Assembly (NCBI GenBank): GCA_963845145.1
Contig: CAWJQU010000001.1
Span: 256,001-320,000, forward strand
DNA from: an uncultured delta proteobacterium
GTDB taxonomy: Bacteria > Desulfobacterota > Desulfobacteria > Desulfobacterales > QNYZ01
DNA: 64,000 nucleotides
Reading direction: 5' to 3'
Shown: positions 1 to 9,206 of the stretch, one piece after another
Numbering within the stretch: the stretch's first letter is position 1
How the letters are laid out: every line of letters starts with the position of its first letter
Translations under genes and position numbers: made by a program
Notes under the pieces: generated by a model
The model's input: the letters and a program-made list of their open reading frames with translations, nothing else
Databases searched by the model: none
Told to the model about the DNA's origin: nothing

Positions 1-299
1 CCGGTATCGGCCTCCTATTTGACATCCGGGGAAGCCTGGCGGTGATTTCCGGGTTGCTGGCACTCTTTATCGCCATTTTAGGCTATGGGCTTTGGATGGG
101 ACTCGATGTGGATTGTGGCTGTTTCGGGCCTGAAGACCCGGAAGCCGAAGCATTTCATGGCCTGAAGGCCTCTTTATTTCGTGATCTGGCCATGCTGGGG
201 ATGGCGGTTTTTATCTATTTTTGGCGCCATTATCGGACCGTCAAAACGCTCGATGTGGTGTCGGTATTTAAACCAATATTTTTGAACAAGGAGGGTTAA
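1..299 (+). CDS. MauE/DoxX-family membrane protein (5'-truncated by window edge)
   Basis: Hydrophobic ORF with the GLDVDCGCFG motif typical of the MauE family; RBS of the next gene follows. Confidence 0.75.
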   Translation, partial: GIGLLFDIRGSLAVISGLLALFIAILGYGLWMGLDVDCGCFGPEDPEAEAFHGLKASLFRDLAMLGMAVFIYFWRHYRTVKTLDVVSVFKPIFLNKEG

Positions 300-301
300 A
301 A

Positions 302-823
302 ATGAAAAAAATGATTCACCTGCTGGTCGTGGGTATGTTGGTGTTAGGCCTATCCGTCCCAGCCATGGCCAAGAACAAATTCGTAAAAGAAGTTGAAAAG
401 GAAACCGCAGCCGTCAAGCTGCTCCGAGAGGTAAAGCGGGGGGGCTATGATGTGGTCACCACAGAAGAGCTCAAAAAGTGGATGGACAATGGGCAAAAGA
501 TGTTGGTGGTGGATACCATGCCGTATGCCGACAGTTATAAAAAACAACATGTGCCCGGTGCCGTCCAGTTCCTCTTTCCCATTCCGGAAATGGACGCGTG
601 GAACACCAAGGAAACAGACGGAAAGACACAAGAAGACTTTGTGAAACTATTAGGTGATGACAAAGGCAAACCCATCGTCATCTATTGTGGCTTCGTTAAA
701 TGCACCCGCAGCCACAATGGCGCCGCCTGGGCCGTCAAGCTCGGCTATAAAAATGTCTATCGTTATTCCGGTGGCATTTTCGCCTGGAAAGGCGCCAAAT
801 ATCCAGTTGGGAAGGTGAGATAA
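302..823 (+). CDS. Exported rhodanese-like (sulfur/selenium transferase) protein
   Basis: Signal peptide (…VPAMA), HVPGA, active-site loop YCGFVKCTRS and YSGGIFAW rhodanese motifs; RBS AGGAGG. Confidence 0.85.
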   Translation: MKKMIHLLVVGMLVLGLSVPAMAKNKFVKEVEKETAAVKLLREVKRGGYDVVTTEELKKWMDNGQKMLVVDTMPYADSYKKQHVPGAVQFLFPIPEMDAWNTKETDGKTQEDFVKLLGDDKGKPIVIYCGFVKCTRSHNGAAWAVKLGYKNVYRYSGGIFAWKGAKYPVGKVR

Positions 824-843
824 GTAGATACACGAGGTGCACG

Positions 844-1419
844 ATGCTCGATCGATTAAATCAACATAGGTCTCGAACCGAGGCGTTGGTTGCGCAGTTA
901 AAAGAAGAAGCCCGTCATTTGTACCTGTCGCGCCGGTTCTTGTGCGCTGAAGCTGTCATGGTGACCTTGAACAAGGGCCTGGGTGGCGATCTAAGCGAAT
1001 CCCAGGCCGGTGCCCTGGCCGCCCCTTTTAGTGTGGCCATGGGGCAAAGCGGATGTATCTGTGGTGCATTGAGCGGTGCTGTTTTGGCCTGCGGCCAATT
1101 TTTAGGAAACAATCGACGCTCCCGGACTTCGCGTGCGTATGCCCGACAACTACACGATTCGTTCAAAACAGCCAACGGAGCGACTTGTTGCCGAGTGCTC
1201 ACCCGGAAAGTCAAACACGATAAGCAGGCCCATTTCCAGCAGTGTGCCGATTTGACAGCTGACACAACGGAAATGGCTGCGATATTGATTCTTCATAAAC
1301 GGCCTGAACTTATCGCGCAAGCCGGCAATGATCTTCTCCTCAGGCGTTACTCTAAAATCGGCGATACCATGACTCGGCTGTTACGCTTTTTTCACAATAA
1401 AAAAATTCTAACTTCTTAA
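844..1419 (+). CDS. C_GCAxxG_C_C family putative redox protein
   Basis: CAEAV, GCICGALSG, TCCR and QC cysteine pattern. Confidence 0.8.
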   Translation: MLDRLNQHRSRTEALVAQLKEEARHLYLSRRFLCAEAVMVTLNKGLGGDLSESQAGALAAPFSVAMGQSGCICGALSGAVLACGQFLGNNRRSRTSRAYARQLHDSFKTANGATCCRVLTRKVKHDKQAHFQQCADLTADTTEMAAILILHKRPELIAQAGNDLLLRRYSKIGDTMTRLLRFFHNKKILTS

Positions 1420-1434
1420 AGGAGGCAAAACACC

Positions 1435-2265
1435 ATGGGGAAAACAACCATTCGAATGTTAGTCATTTTCTTTACTTTTTGTTTCTTGGCTTCACCTTGT
1501 TTCGGTGAAGCCTTGGATGCCTTTGAGGGACAAAAAGGAACCCTTAGGATCGCCGGCGGTACAGCCCACATCCCTGTGATGAAGGAAGCGGCCAAACGGA
1601 TCATTTCACGCTACAAGGACATCGTGATCACCGTGGCCGGCGGCGGCTCGGGCGTCGGCATCAAGCAGGTAGGCGAGGGACTCGTGGACATCGGTAACTC
1701 AGGCCGAAAACCCAAACCGGAAGAGATCGATCGATATGGCCTCAAAATGTATAAATGGGCCATTGACGGCGTCGGTGTGGTAGTCAATCCGGCAAATCCT
1801 GTAAAAGCCCTGACTAAGGCACAGTTGAAGGATGTTTTCTCCGGGGAAATTAGCAACTGGGCGGCCTTGGGCGGCGCCGATCACGCTATTACTCTCTACA
1901 CGCGGGATGAATCCAGCGGAACCCGTGCCGTTTTCTGGAAAAAAGCCCTGGGCAAGGGGGACATCAGTACCAAAGCGCTTTTCGTCATGTCTAATGGGGC
2001 GATGAAAACCGCCGTTGCCAATGACCTCTACGCGCTCGGCTATGTTTCTGTTGGCCATATGGACGAGAGCATAGCCCCGGTGGCCCTTGATGGCGTAACG
2101 CCAACCCTGGAAATCGTAAAAAACGGTCAATACGAGGTGGCCCGCGGATTATACAGCAACACCAAAGGTGATCCCAAAGGTTTGACGCAGCTGTTCATAG
2201 CGTATCTTTTCACGCCCGAAGGACAGAAGATCGTAGCAGATAAGGGTTTTATCCCGGTAAAATGA
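1435..2265 (+). CDS. pstS: PstS-like oxyanion ABC transporter substrate-binding protein
   Basis: Signal peptide; GGGSGVG, DIGNS, RDESSGTR motifs of the PstS/PBP family. Confidence 0.8.
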   Translation: MGKTTIRMLVIFFTFCFLASPCFGEALDAFEGQKGTLRIAGGTAHIPVMKEAAKRIISRYKDIVITVAGGGSGVGIKQVGEGLVDIGNSGRKPKPEEIDRYGLKMYKWAIDGVGVVVNPANPVKALTKAQLKDVFSGEISNWAALGGADHAITLYTRDESSGTRAVFWKKALGKGDISTKALFVMSNGAMKTAVANDLYALGYVSVGHMDESIAPVALDGVTPTLEIVKNGQYEVARGLYSNTKGDPKGLTQLFIAYLFTPEGQKIVADKGFIPVK

Positions 2266-3119
2266 AAGCTTCCAGGGAAGTCATCGCAAGAAGCGTATTT
2301 CTTTTCTGTACAATGGCCAGTGCGGTCATCACCTCGTCCATCTTTTTATTCATGATCGCACTCAGCCTTCCCCTTTTTAAGGAAAACGCATATTTTTCTG
2401 TCTGGACCGGACCATGGGCTCCCCATCAGGGGCTTTACGGCATACTCCCCATGATCTCAGGCACCCTGTGGATTGCCCTTCTGGCCACGGTCTTGTGCCT
2501 GCCCCTTTCCCTGGGAACGGCTTTTGTGATCACCGGTTTGGGTGGGTCGCATTTGCGGAGAATACTGGGTGTCCTGATTCGATTCATGACCGGCATTCCT
2601 ACGGTGATTTACGGGTTCGTGGGTATCTTCCTTCTGGTCCCGCTGATACGGAAGGGATTCGGCGGGGCGGGGATGAGCGTACTGGCGGCCGGAATCGTCC
2701 TGGCCATACTTATCAGCCCCACCATGATCCTTTTTTTTATAGACAGCTTGCTGGCTGTGGACGCAGCATATGTTCAGGCGGCCAAGGCGCTAGGCGCCGG
2801 CCGTGTGCAACGGCTGCTGTACGTGATGATACCCAACGCTCTGGGCGGCATGACATCAGGTTTTATCCTCGCCCTGGGTCGTGCCCTCGGGGACACTCTC
2901 ATTGCGCTGATGCTGGCCGGAAACGCTATCCGCGCGCCGCGTGGATTCCTGGAGCCGGCCAGGACGCTGACCGCGCATATCGCCCTGGTAAAGGCCGCCG
3001 ACTTTAATAGTCTGGAGTTCCGATCCATCTTTGCCTGCGGTATCGCCCTGTATCTGTTTACGACCGCCGCCGTTGTTTCGGTGAGGCTCATGGAGCACAA
3101 GAGGAGTGCAATGCCATGA
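2262..3119 (+). CDS. pstC: PstC-like ABC permease
   Basis: GIPTVIYG, EAA-like loop, RALGDT motif; ATGA overlap with pstS. Confidence 0.8.
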   Translation: MKASREVIARSVFLFCTMASAVITSSIFLFMIALSLPLFKENAYFSVWTGPWAPHQGLYGILPMISGTLWIALLATVLCLPLSLGTAFVITGLGGSHLRRILGVLIRFMTGIPTVIYGFVGIFLLVPLIRKGFGGAGMSVLAAGIVLAILISPTMILFFIDSLLAVDAAYVQAAKALGAGRVQRLLYVMIPNALGGMTSGFILALGRALGDTLIALMLAGNAIRAPRGFLEPARTLTAHIALVKAADFNSLEFRSIFACGIALYLFTTAAVVSVRLMEHKRSAMP

Positions 3120-4000
3120 TGCATGGTTTTGCGGAAAAGACGGTCGTGGTTTTCTCTTGGGTGATGACCTTCGTCCTTTGCCTGTCTGTGTCGATTTTTT
3201 TGGGGCACCTATTGATCAAAGGGCTCCCGAGCCTCGGAATGGAGCTGATTTTCGGTCAGGCAGATCCACTCAAGGCGCTTACCGGTCGCGCCCGGGTCTT
3301 TGACGGGATCTTCCCGGCCATCGTGGGAACTCTTTGCCTGGTCGTATCTTCAACCATCCTTGCCGTACCGGTAGGGGTGTGTTCAGGAATCTATCTCGCA
3401 GAGTATGCGGGATCCGCAACAAAGAAACTTTTCGGATTTTTTTTCGACATTCTGGCTGGCATCCCGTCCATTGTCATCGGTCTGTTCGGCTTCAGCCTCG
3501 CTGTTTTCCTGCACAACCACTTTTATAACCGTTTTGGGCCTTGTCTGCTCATCAGTGCCCTGTCGCTTGCCGTACTCGTACTACCCTATATCGTCCGAAG
3601 CACCCAGACATCTCTGGAAGAGCTGCCGGCGGGCATCCGCAAAACCGCCCTTGCCCTTGGAGCAAACAAATTGCAGAACATCGCCTATGTATTGATTCCG
3701 CGCGCGCTTTCCGGCATTAGCTCGGGCATTATCCTCGCCATTGGCAGATGTGCCGAGGATACAGCGGTTATCCTGCTGACAGGCGTGGTGGCCACCGCCG
3801 GTATGCCGTCTTCCCTGTTGTCGCAATACGAAGCGCTGCCCTTTTATATTTACTACATATCCAATCAGTATACGAACCAGGCAGAGTTGTCCAAAGGGTA
3901 TGGGGCTTGCCTGGTTTTATTGGGAGTCTGCGCCGTTTTATTCATGCTGGCATATGGGATGAAAAAACATTTATCTTACCGAACACTTTATAGGGCATAG
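3116..4000 (+). CDS. pstA: PstA-like ABC permease
   Basis: GIFPAIVGT, GIYLAEY, GIPSIVIGLFG motifs. Confidence 0.8.
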   Translation: MMHGFAEKTVVVFSWVMTFVLCLSVSIFLGHLLIKGLPSLGMELIFGQADPLKALTGRARVFDGIFPAIVGTLCLVVSSTILAVPVGVCSGIYLAEYAGSATKKLFGFFFDILAGIPSIVIGLFGFSLAVFLHNHFYNRFGPCLLISALSLAVLVLPYIVRSTQTSLEELPAGIRKTALALGANKLQNIAYVLIPRALSGISSGIILAIGRCAEDTAVILLTGVVATAGMPSSLLSQYEALPFYIYYISNQYTNQAELSKGYGACLVLLGVCAVLFMLAYGMKKHLSYRTLYRA

Positions 4001-4024
4001 GGAGGTGCCGGGCAGGCTGATACG

Positions 4025-4738
4025 GTGTTGATGGAAACCAAGGATAAAATAATCGTCAAAGGGGTAAGCTTCTTTTATGGCCGAAACCAGGTGCTGGACA
4101 ACATTTGCTCAAAATTTGCGGAACATGCCATTACAGCAATTACGGGGCCTTCCGGGCATGGCAAATCTACGCTGTTGGGACTGTTCAATTGTATGTGGAA
4201 CGAGGTCCCCGGTGCCCGTTGTATTGGTGAAATCCGGATTCGGCTTGGCGATGACTGGGTATCCCCGCTGCAAAAAGATATCCCCATGCCGCTATTGCGC
4301 CGAAAGGTCGCCATGATTTTCCAGGAACCCAACCCATTGCCCATGAGCATTGCCGGAAACATGGCTTTTCCTCTGAAGCTTACCGGCGTTCGTGATAAAA
4401 TTATCATCAAAGAAAAAATTCGGAAAGCACTTAAACAGGCCTTTCTATGGGAGGAAGTGAAAGACCGCCTGGAAGAAAGCGCGCTGGATCTGTCCGGCGG
4501 ACAGAAGCAGCGACTTTGCATCGCCCGGGCACTTGTCCTGGAGCCGGAGGCACTGTTATGCGACGAACCCACCAGTTCCCTTGACACAAAGGCGGCCGGG
4601 GTTATCGAAGAGCTTCTCATTCAACTGAAGGCACATTGCACGCTTCTGGTTGTTTCTCACAATCAAGAACAGGTTCAACGGATTGCAGACCATGCCGTGG
4701 AGCTCCAGGATCGCAGGCTGAGACACGTTCCGAGATGA
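4025..4738 (+). CDS. pstB: PstB-like ABC ATPase
   Basis: Walker A GPSGHGKST, LSGGQKQR signature, FQEPNP, DEPTSSLD. Confidence 0.85.
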   Translation: MLMETKDKIIVKGVSFFYGRNQVLDNICSKFAEHAITAITGPSGHGKSTLLGLFNCMWNEVPGARCIGEIRIRLGDDWVSPLQKDIPMPLLRRKVAMIFQEPNPLPMSIAGNMAFPLKLTGVRDKIIIKEKIRKALKQAFLWEEVKDRLEESALDLSGGQKQRLCIARALVLEPEALLCDEPTSSLDTKAAGVIEELLIQLKAHCTLLVVSHNQEQVQRIADHAVELQDRRLRHVPR

Positions 4739-4784
4739 TGAAGCCGGGTTGGATTCATCAGGTTAGTGACATGGACAAACCGCT

Positions 4785-5294
4785 ATGAAGTACTTGCACA
4801 TCAGTGCGAAGGTCGAGCGCCGTATTGAAAGTCTCAAGAGATCCGGCAAAGTAGGAACAATATTGGCGCATAAAGCGACCCGCATTATCAAATGCCTTAC
4901 ATCTGGAGCCATCCGGCACCACATGGATGCGATTGGCAGTTACACCAAGTACGGTGAGAAACGCATCAAGAATTGTCGCAAATACGATCTGGGATGCGGT
5001 TATCGGTTGATCACCCTGAAGCGCGGATTGAAGGTTTTTATCCCCTTTTTAGGAACGCACGATGAGTGTCGGCGATGGCTGGAAAACAACAGCCGGCTAA
5101 AAGAGGTTGTTTCTGGAAATGGTGCATTATTCCTGATTTTTCACAAATCACAGCCGCTCACAAGTCCGGCAAACGTCGATTCCGGGAATCTCGGAAAGAA
5201 TGCTGAAGATAAAGTGCTCTTGAAAGTAAGTGATAAAGATTTACGGCGCGTGTTCTCCGGTCTGGTTGAAGGGGCAAAAAAGCGACCACAGTAA
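4785..5294 (+). CDS. Hypothetical basic protein, possible RelE/ParE-like fold
   Basis: 169-aa ORF co-oriented in the cluster; KYDLGCGYRLI…FLGTHDEC segment resembles the RelE-like core. Confidence 0.55.
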   Translation: MKYLHISAKVERRIESLKRSGKVGTILAHKATRIIKCLTSGAIRHHMDAIGSYTKYGEKRIKNCRKYDLGCGYRLITLKRGLKVFIPFLGTHDECRRWLENNSRLKEVVSGNGALFLIFHKSQPLTSPANVDSGNLGKNAEDKVLLKVSDKDLRRVFSGLVEGAKKRPQ

Positions 5295-5485
5295 GCTTGT
5301 TGCATTTTAGCCTTAAAATTTGAAGTCTTTTGTATCGAAATGATGTCAGCAATGAATATGGAATTTATTTTCATTTGCCTGAATCAAAACAAAGTCCCGG
5401 TTGTATCAATAATTGGAGTGATGAACCGGCGGCCAATCCTGATTGAAGATGCCGATTCATGTATGCCGCTAAAAGGAGAACACCC

Positions 5486-6535
5486 ATGGGGAATACCAAA
5501 AGAATACATCTAACTGAGACGGTAACGGGTGCCGGCTGAGCGTCCAAATTGGCTCCGGGGGACCTGGACAAGGCCTTGCACGGGTTGGCATTTCCTACAG
5601 ATAAAAACGTCCTTATCGGCCTTGATCGTGCCGACGATGCCGGGGTTTACCGAATTGCGGATGACCTGGCGTTAATCCAAACCGTCGATTTTTTCACTCC
5701 CGTCGTAGACGACCCGTATGCGTTTGGACAGATTGCCGCCGCCAACGCCTTGAGCGATGTATATGCCATGGGGGGCACCCCCAAAACCGCCATGAATTTG
5801 GTGGCCTTTCCGGCCAAGGAGATGGACCTGGCCATCCTGCGACAAATAATCGAAGGTGGCATTGACAAGCTTAAAGAGGCCGAAGTCGTTCTGATCGGCG
5901 GACATAGCATCGTGGACAAAGAGATCAAGTACGGTTTATCCGTCACCGGTGTGATTCACCCGGCACGGGTACTGGCCAAAAAGAACCTTCGCCCGGGTGA
6001 CCGTTTGGTGCTGACCAAACCGCTGGGCAGCGGCATCGTCAACACGGCGATCAAGGCGACCATGGCCTCCGAGGCGATGATTAAAAAAGTCACCTGTTTG
6101 ATGGCCACCCTGAATCGGGATGCCGCCCGAATAATGGATCATTTTGATATCGGTGGTTGTACTGACATCACCGGCTTCGGCCTGCTGGGTCACCTGGCGG
6201 AAATGGTTTCCGGTTCAGGGGTGAGTGCATGCATCAATGCCCGCAAGGTGCCGGTTATTCCCGAGGCGTTGGCATTTGCGACCATGGGCCTCATCCCTGC
6301 CGGGGCGTACCACAACAAGGCACATCGAGAGACGATGATCACACTTGCCGAAACTGTGCCACGTGAACATCAAGATGTGCTCTTCGACCCGCAGACCTCG
6401 GGAGGGCTGTTGATCAGTGTGGCCGAGAAACAGGCCGTCGCCCTGGTTGCGTCCCTTAAAACAGGCGGTGTAGAGGATGCCGAGATAATCGGTGCTGTCA
6501 TTGATGACTCTAAAGAGGAAATAACAGTCGTTTGA
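5486..6535 (+). CDS. selD: Selenophosphate synthetase SelD, selenoprotein (Sec at codon 18)
   Basis: RBS AAGGAG then ATG 5486; MGNTKRIHLTETVTGAG-TGA(5537-5539)-ASKLAPGDL is in frame with the computed ORF; DDAGVY, QTVDFFTP, ANALSDVYAMGG, DPQTSGGLL motifs. Confidence 0.95.
5551..5575 (+). promoter_or_regulatory. Putative bacterial SECIS hairpin of selD
   Basis: TCCGGG-GGA-CCTGGA stem-loop starting ~14 nt after the in-frame UGA. Confidence 0.65.
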
Positions 6536-6588
6536 TTTTGCATATGATGCAAGTCGACCACCATAAATCCAACCAGGAGGTAATTTTC

Positions 6589-7185
6589 ATGAAAAATATT
6601 GATGCCCGCGGCCTGGCATGCCCGGCACCCGTACTTCAAACAAAGGCTGCCTTACAGGAAGAGAAACCCAGCAGTGTAAGGGTGGTTGTCGACAATGCAG
6701 CTTCCCAACAAAATGTTCAGCGGTTTCTGGAATCCCAGGGTTTTCAGACGGTGCTGGGACAAAACGGGGACGACTACTTTGTCAGCGGGAGTTGTGACTC
6801 GATGCCCTCGGAGCAGCTTCAACCTCCCCCGGAACCGTCTATCGATGCGAAAAAAATCATGGTCCTGTGCGCCACTGACCGGATCGGTTTCGGCGACGAT
6901 GCGCTGGGCTTAAAGCTCATGGTCAATTTCCTGCGCACACTAAAGGAAATGGATGATGAGCTGTGGCGGCTGGTGTTCGTAAACAACGGTGTCAAATTGA
7001 CCATCGCGGGCGCTGAGGTGTTTCATGACCTGAAGGCTTATGAAGAAGCGGGCCTCAATATCCTGGTCTGCGGCACCTGTCTGGAACATTTCGACCTGTT
7101 GGATAAAAAGCGGGTCGGTGAAACCACCAACATGCTCGATATCGTCACTGCCATGCAATTGGCCGACAAGGTGATAAATATCTAG
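6589..7185 (+). CDS. yedF: Selenium metabolism protein YedF (TusA/SirA + DsrE-like domains)
   Basis: RBS AGGAGG, IDARGLACPAP N-terminus, FVNNGVKL and VCGTCL motifs; directly downstream of selD. Confidence 0.85.
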   Translation: MKNIDARGLACPAPVLQTKAALQEEKPSSVRVVVDNAASQQNVQRFLESQGFQTVLGQNGDDYFVSGSCDSMPSEQLQPPPEPSIDAKKIMVLCATDRIGFGDDALGLKLMVNFLRTLKEMDDELWRLVFVNNGVKLTIAGAEVFHDLKAYEEAGLNILVCGTCLEHFDLLDKKRVGETTNMLDIVTAMQLADKVINI

Positions 7186-7213
7186 TGATTTAGAAAAAAA
7201 CGCCTTCAGGTAA

Positions 7214-7244
7214 AGCAGCTGATCGGCACTTACGATCAGCTGCT
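7214..7244. terminator. Hairpin between convergent yedF and porin genes
   Basis: AGCAGCTGATCG-N7-CGATCAGCTGCT perfect 12-bp inverted repeat. Confidence 0.6.
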
Positions 7245-7261
7245 GGGGAAACTTCGAGGTT

Positions 7262-8449
7262 TTAAAACCCAAAGATCAGTTGAGTAGTAAATGTCCTGTT
7301 GGATTTGCCGGTACCACCGTATTCTTTATCATAGTCATTATCATGAAAGTACTCGAGTGTCAGGCTTGTGCCTTTAAAAATGCCAATTTCAACAGCTCCG
7401 ATAATGCGGCTTTCAGGCAGCCCTAAACAGACTGCTTCCCGGCTTTCCTGATACCCAATGGCGAATGTTGTTTCTCGGTTGTTTAACCCAATATTATACG
7501 CTATCTCAACGTTCCACGCTTTGGGTTGAGCCCCATGGATATTATAGGCAATCTCAGTATTCGCAAATTCTTCCATTGCCTGCACATATTCACCGATAAA
7601 AACCAAATGGCCATAACCGGCAGTCAGATGGACACACATTCCGGCCACCCGTTCCTCAATTTTTTCGATGCCGTTTTCATCGAGAAATTGCGTGATACCA
7701 TCCGAATCGGCTATGTTGTTGACCCATCCAATTCCAACGTCGGCGTAAATACTATCCTGTTTAAAATGATACCCGCCCTGGGCTCCGAAACCATCTATAG
7801 TATCACTGGTGCCGTTTTCAATCATACCCTTGTAGCTGAAAACGTTGCCGAAAAATCCATATTGCTCAAGCCCAAGCGCAATACCCGTCTCCCCGACCTC
7901 GCCTATTTCAAGGGGCAGAGGGTCTTGAACCATATGAGTCGCAAAGTTGCCAAAGGGCATGTAGAACTTTCCGGCGGTCATGAACAGAGGCGTTCTCTCT
8001 GAGTTTCCCAATCTAATCGTTGCCACGTCGATAGATACATAGCTATCCTCCGCGTCGCCATCATACTTTGTAAGGATATGCCCCGTTGCCCAGTCGGTTG
8101 CCTGAACATCTAATTCCAACTCAACTGCGGCCACAGCAACGTCACTAAAACGCTCACCTTCAAAGTTTTTACCGAAAACCGCTTCTAGTTCGAGAGCACC
8201 CGATAACGTAACGTATTCGTTTATATTTTCAAAACGGTTCTTCTCTTCGGTTGGCACATTTGCTTTTTGACTACTTTCTCCTGATTCGACAATCTGCCAG
8301 GTTAATGGCTCCATATCACTTTTTAAAAGAGTTACATCTCGCACCACCACTTTACCCGGTGGAATTTGACTTTCATAATGACCATATGTTTGGCCGGTCA
8401 AGGCACAAATAATCGCTACCAGTATGCAGATACGAATTGCCCGTTTCAT
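7262..8449 (-). CDS. LbtU-family outer-membrane porin
   Basis: Signal peptide; LSGALELEA, AGKFYMPFG, DPLPLEIGE, C-terminal F of a beta-barrel. Confidence 0.75.
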   Translation of the reverse strand: MKRAIRICILVAIICALTGQTYGHYESQIPPGKVVVRDVTLLKSDMEPLTWQIVESGESSQKANVPTEEKNRFENINEYVTLSGALELEAVFGKNFEGERFSDVAVAAVELELDVQATDWATGHILTKYDGDAEDSYVSIDVATIRLGNSERTPLFMTAGKFYMPFGNFATHMVQDPLPLEIGEVGETGIALGLEQYGFFGNVFSYKGMIENGTSDTIDGFGAQGGYHFKQDSIYADVGIGWVNNIADSDGITQFLDENGIEKIEERVAGMCVHLTAGYGHLVFIGEYVQAMEEFANTEIAYNIHGAQPKAWNVEIAYNIGLNNRETTFAIGYQESREAVCLGLPESRIIGAVEIGIFKGTSLTLEYFHDNDYDKEYGGTGKSNRTFTTQLIFGF

Positions 8450-8763
8450 ATAAATCTCCTTAATTGAAATACCACAACTCGACTATCTTCATGATATGGT
8501 TAGGTCATGGCAAAAAAACCTTAACAAAAAATATCTATTAATCCGACTTCGAACCGGAAATTGATTGCGCTTTGATTCAGTGTTGTTTTATTAAATCGGA
8601 CTCTGACCTAACACATCGCCAAATCACCTCCTTAATGTTTCCAATGCCCACTTCAATCAATTTAAAAACGGCCTCTTTACCAACCTGATTGTGAAAACCT
8701 TTTCCCAAGAAAAAAGGAAAAAGTTATTTTTAACACCCACCTGTTTCAAATCAAAAAACGACG

Positions 8764-8910
8764 CAAAAAAAAACCACGTCAGGTTTGGCCCCTCTCGGGG
8801 AACCGGTAACCTTCGTGGTTTCTATGTTCGAATTGCTGTAATGATTTGAATAACCTATCTACAGACAGGCTTATATAATTTACCTTCGTCAATTTTATCG
8901 GGTTTGTCAA
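8764..8910 (-). promoter_or_regulatory. Conserved leader element copy A (TTGACA, 5' hairpin, terminator-like hairpin)
   Basis: Minus strand TTGACA…AGCCTGTCTGTAGATAGGTT…AACCACGAAGGTTACCGGTTCCCCGAGAGGGGCCAAACCTGACGTGG followed by T9. Confidence 0.65.
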
Positions 8911-9027
8911 CTTTTTTCCGGGTATAAAAAGTTGCATTGGTGGGGATATCGAATGTCCGTTTGTTTTGAATCACTTCTTTTCAGGCGTTGTTTTAAATCG
9001 ATTTGATTCGGATCCAAAATTTCTTAT

Positions 9028-9170
9028 TTGACATCCTTAACAAATTCGTTTAAAAGCTTTTATAAAAGTCGTCTGAAGACGAGTTACCAAAATTACAATT
9101 AAGCACAGTTTAAAGGCCACGAAGGCTTTTGGTTCTCATAAAGGAGAACCGATTAGCTCGTGGCTTTTTT
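9028..9170 (+). promoter_or_regulatory. Conserved leader element copy B (TTGACA, 5' hairpin, terminator-like hairpin)
   Basis: TTGACA…AAGTCGTCTGAAGACGAGTT…GGCCACGAAGGCTTTTGGTTCTCATAAAGGAGAACCGATTAGCTCGTGGCTTTTTT. Confidence 0.65.
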
Positions 9171-9206
9171 ATTTTTAGAGACTGCGGAAACATAGGAGAT
9201 ATTCAG

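Noticed and set aside
8764..9170. Cobalamin, NiCo or Moco riboswitch
   Set aside because: No B12 box or other recalled consensus motif is visible; kept as an unknown element instead.
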